A DNA stretch of 64,000 nt from the IMG/VR virus record IMGVR_UViG_3300029925_000021, positions 1 to 64,000 of that record; one strand, given 5' to 3'. Numbering within the stretch: position 1 is the stretch's first letter; every line of letters begins with the position of its first letter. The notes below the pieces were generated by a model. It saw nothing but the letters and a program-made list of their open reading frames with translations. It did no database searches and was not told where the DNA came from. The position numbers and the translations under genes were made by a program. Source of the stretch: an uncultured virus (IMG/VR IMGVR_UViG_3300029925_000021) (lineage: Duplodnaviria > Heunggongvirae > Uroviricota > Caudoviricetes). This document shows positions 62,925 through 64,000 of this stretch, one piece after another.

Positions 62925-63811
62925 AGATAATATCTACTCCACTATCAGACAGATACGATGGTATCATTAACGCCTCTGCCGAAGTGTTTGACAAGGTTGT
63001 TCTGTGGGAACCTCACGCTAAGCCCATGTTTGATTTGTTTGACGAGGTTAAACCAGACGTTGTATACTGTGATATCAAGTACGTTACTAAAAGCTTTATG
63101 TCGGCATGTAAACAATACGAAGATGTCAAATTAGTTCTGTTTGCCGAAGGAATACCTAGAGATTTTGAACCCGATCTAGTATGCGCCCAACCTAATCTAT
63201 CTCCAATGCTAAAGAAGCATTTAGAACTAGGGGGCCATAAGGTAGAATACATACATGACTACGCGGATATAATTATGTACTGGACTGGAGAAGCAGACGA
63301 TACTATAGCTTCCGACATAGCCTTCGTGTCAAACGGAGACATGGCTAGTAGTCCCGTGCAAAAGATCGAGCTGTTCTCTACCGTAGGTCGTTTAGGCCAA
63401 TTGAAGATTGCTGGATCATCCAGGATACCTATACCTCAATACATAGGAACCATTAAGGACGATAGGATAGTGTCATTCTTAAAGTCAACTAAGATTGCCA
63501 TAGACTGGAACGGTGAGAACCTACTTACCTGTGCCGCAAACGGAATATTCACTATGTCCACCATTCCCAACGATCTATTTCCGCATATAACCGTAGACAA
63601 TGCCGCAGAGATCATTCCTAAGACTCTGAAAAACGGAAAGTTTATGAGACGTACTAGCAGAAAGGCCCAGCAACAAGTGTTGAGGTCTGGTACGTGTTAC
63701 CACAGACTTATGCAGATCACATCAGCTCTAGAGCTAGACGAATATACTAAAAAGGCACAAAGTCTATTAGACTCAAAATTAGAGGAGGTGCGACCATGCA
63801 AGCAGGCATAA
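62921..63811 (+). CDS. CgeB-like glycosyltransferase-related protein
   Basis: FDEVKPD; DIAFV; STKI; TCYHR. Confidence 0.5.
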   Translation: MKIISTPLSDRYDGIINASAEVFDKVVLWEPHAKPMFDLFDEVKPDVVYCDIKYVTKSFMSACKQYEDVKLVLFAEGIPRDFEPDLVCAQPNLSPMLKKHLELGGHKVEYIHDYADIIMYWTGEADDTIASDIAFVSNGDMASSPVQKIELFSTVGRLGQLKIAGSSRIPIPQYIGTIKDDRIVSFLKSTKIAIDWNGENLLTCAANGIFTMSTIPNDLFPHITVDNAAEIIPKTLKNGKFMRRTSRKAQQQVLRSGTCYHRLMQITSALELDEYTKKAQSLLDSKLEEVRPCKQA

Positions 63812-64000
63812 TGATAGACGCTCTAGACACGTCTCAAATGGCGGTAGAGCTAGTTAGGGAAGTTAATAAGGTTACACTCCTAGATGAATACTGGGACATC
63901 ATAGTATTCTATCACAACTACGGAAGGACTACGGCCTTTCCAGAATTTGCCATGATACAAGAACAGGAGTTGTGGTCCTACAATGCTCCAGTGATGGCTA
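63796..64000 (+). CDS. hypothetical protein, truncated by the window end
   Basis: GGAGG RBS; MQAGIMIDALD... stays open to the end. Confidence 0.65.
   Translation, partial: MQAGIMIDALDTSQMAVELVREVNKVTLLDEYWDIIVFYHNYGRTTAFPEFAMIQEQELWSYNAPVMA

Noticed and set aside
546..63252. Minus-strand ORFs in the track
   Set aside because: Nearly all are short antisense shadows of well-supported + strand genes or RNAs, with no motifs
1..64000. Alternative genetic code (stop-codon recoding)
   Set aside because: Long conserved genes are intact in code 11, TAA/TAG/TGA all end genes, and no suppressor tRNA is seen

Overview
This 64 kb window comes from a large, AT-rich tailed-phage genome. Almost all credible genes are on the + strand, tightly packed and often translationally coupled, and they use the standard code. 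Host-like cargo (a Tat-exported DUF1501 protein and planctomycete-type CxxCH cytochrome domains) suggests a Planctomycetota/PVC host; this is inference. Main contents, in order: 12 tRNA genes, none encoding CCA and all followed by CT-N; a secreted-protein block (trypsin-like protease, MMP-like metalloprotease, two heme-c motif proteins); an RNA-repair-like block (HNH-RNA ligase, NADAR, Ro60/TROVE followed by a Y-RNA-like stem-loop); a tRNA cluster interleaved with several unexplained structured RNAs; two glycan-synthesis clusters; nucleotide metabolism genes (dut, thyA, dCMP deaminase, nrdJ, dNMP kinase); and a replication module (RecA-like, DnaB, DnaG, SSB, DnaQ-like, and DnaE split into two genes). 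The most striking unexplained element is a ~2.4 kb tandem array (39563-41959) of 14 small ORFs. They have unrelated N-termini and a conserved basic (E/D)RLYGK motif, whose DNA doubles as the ribosome-binding site and ATG of the next unit. All assignments come from reading motifs by eye; no database searches or folding programs were run.
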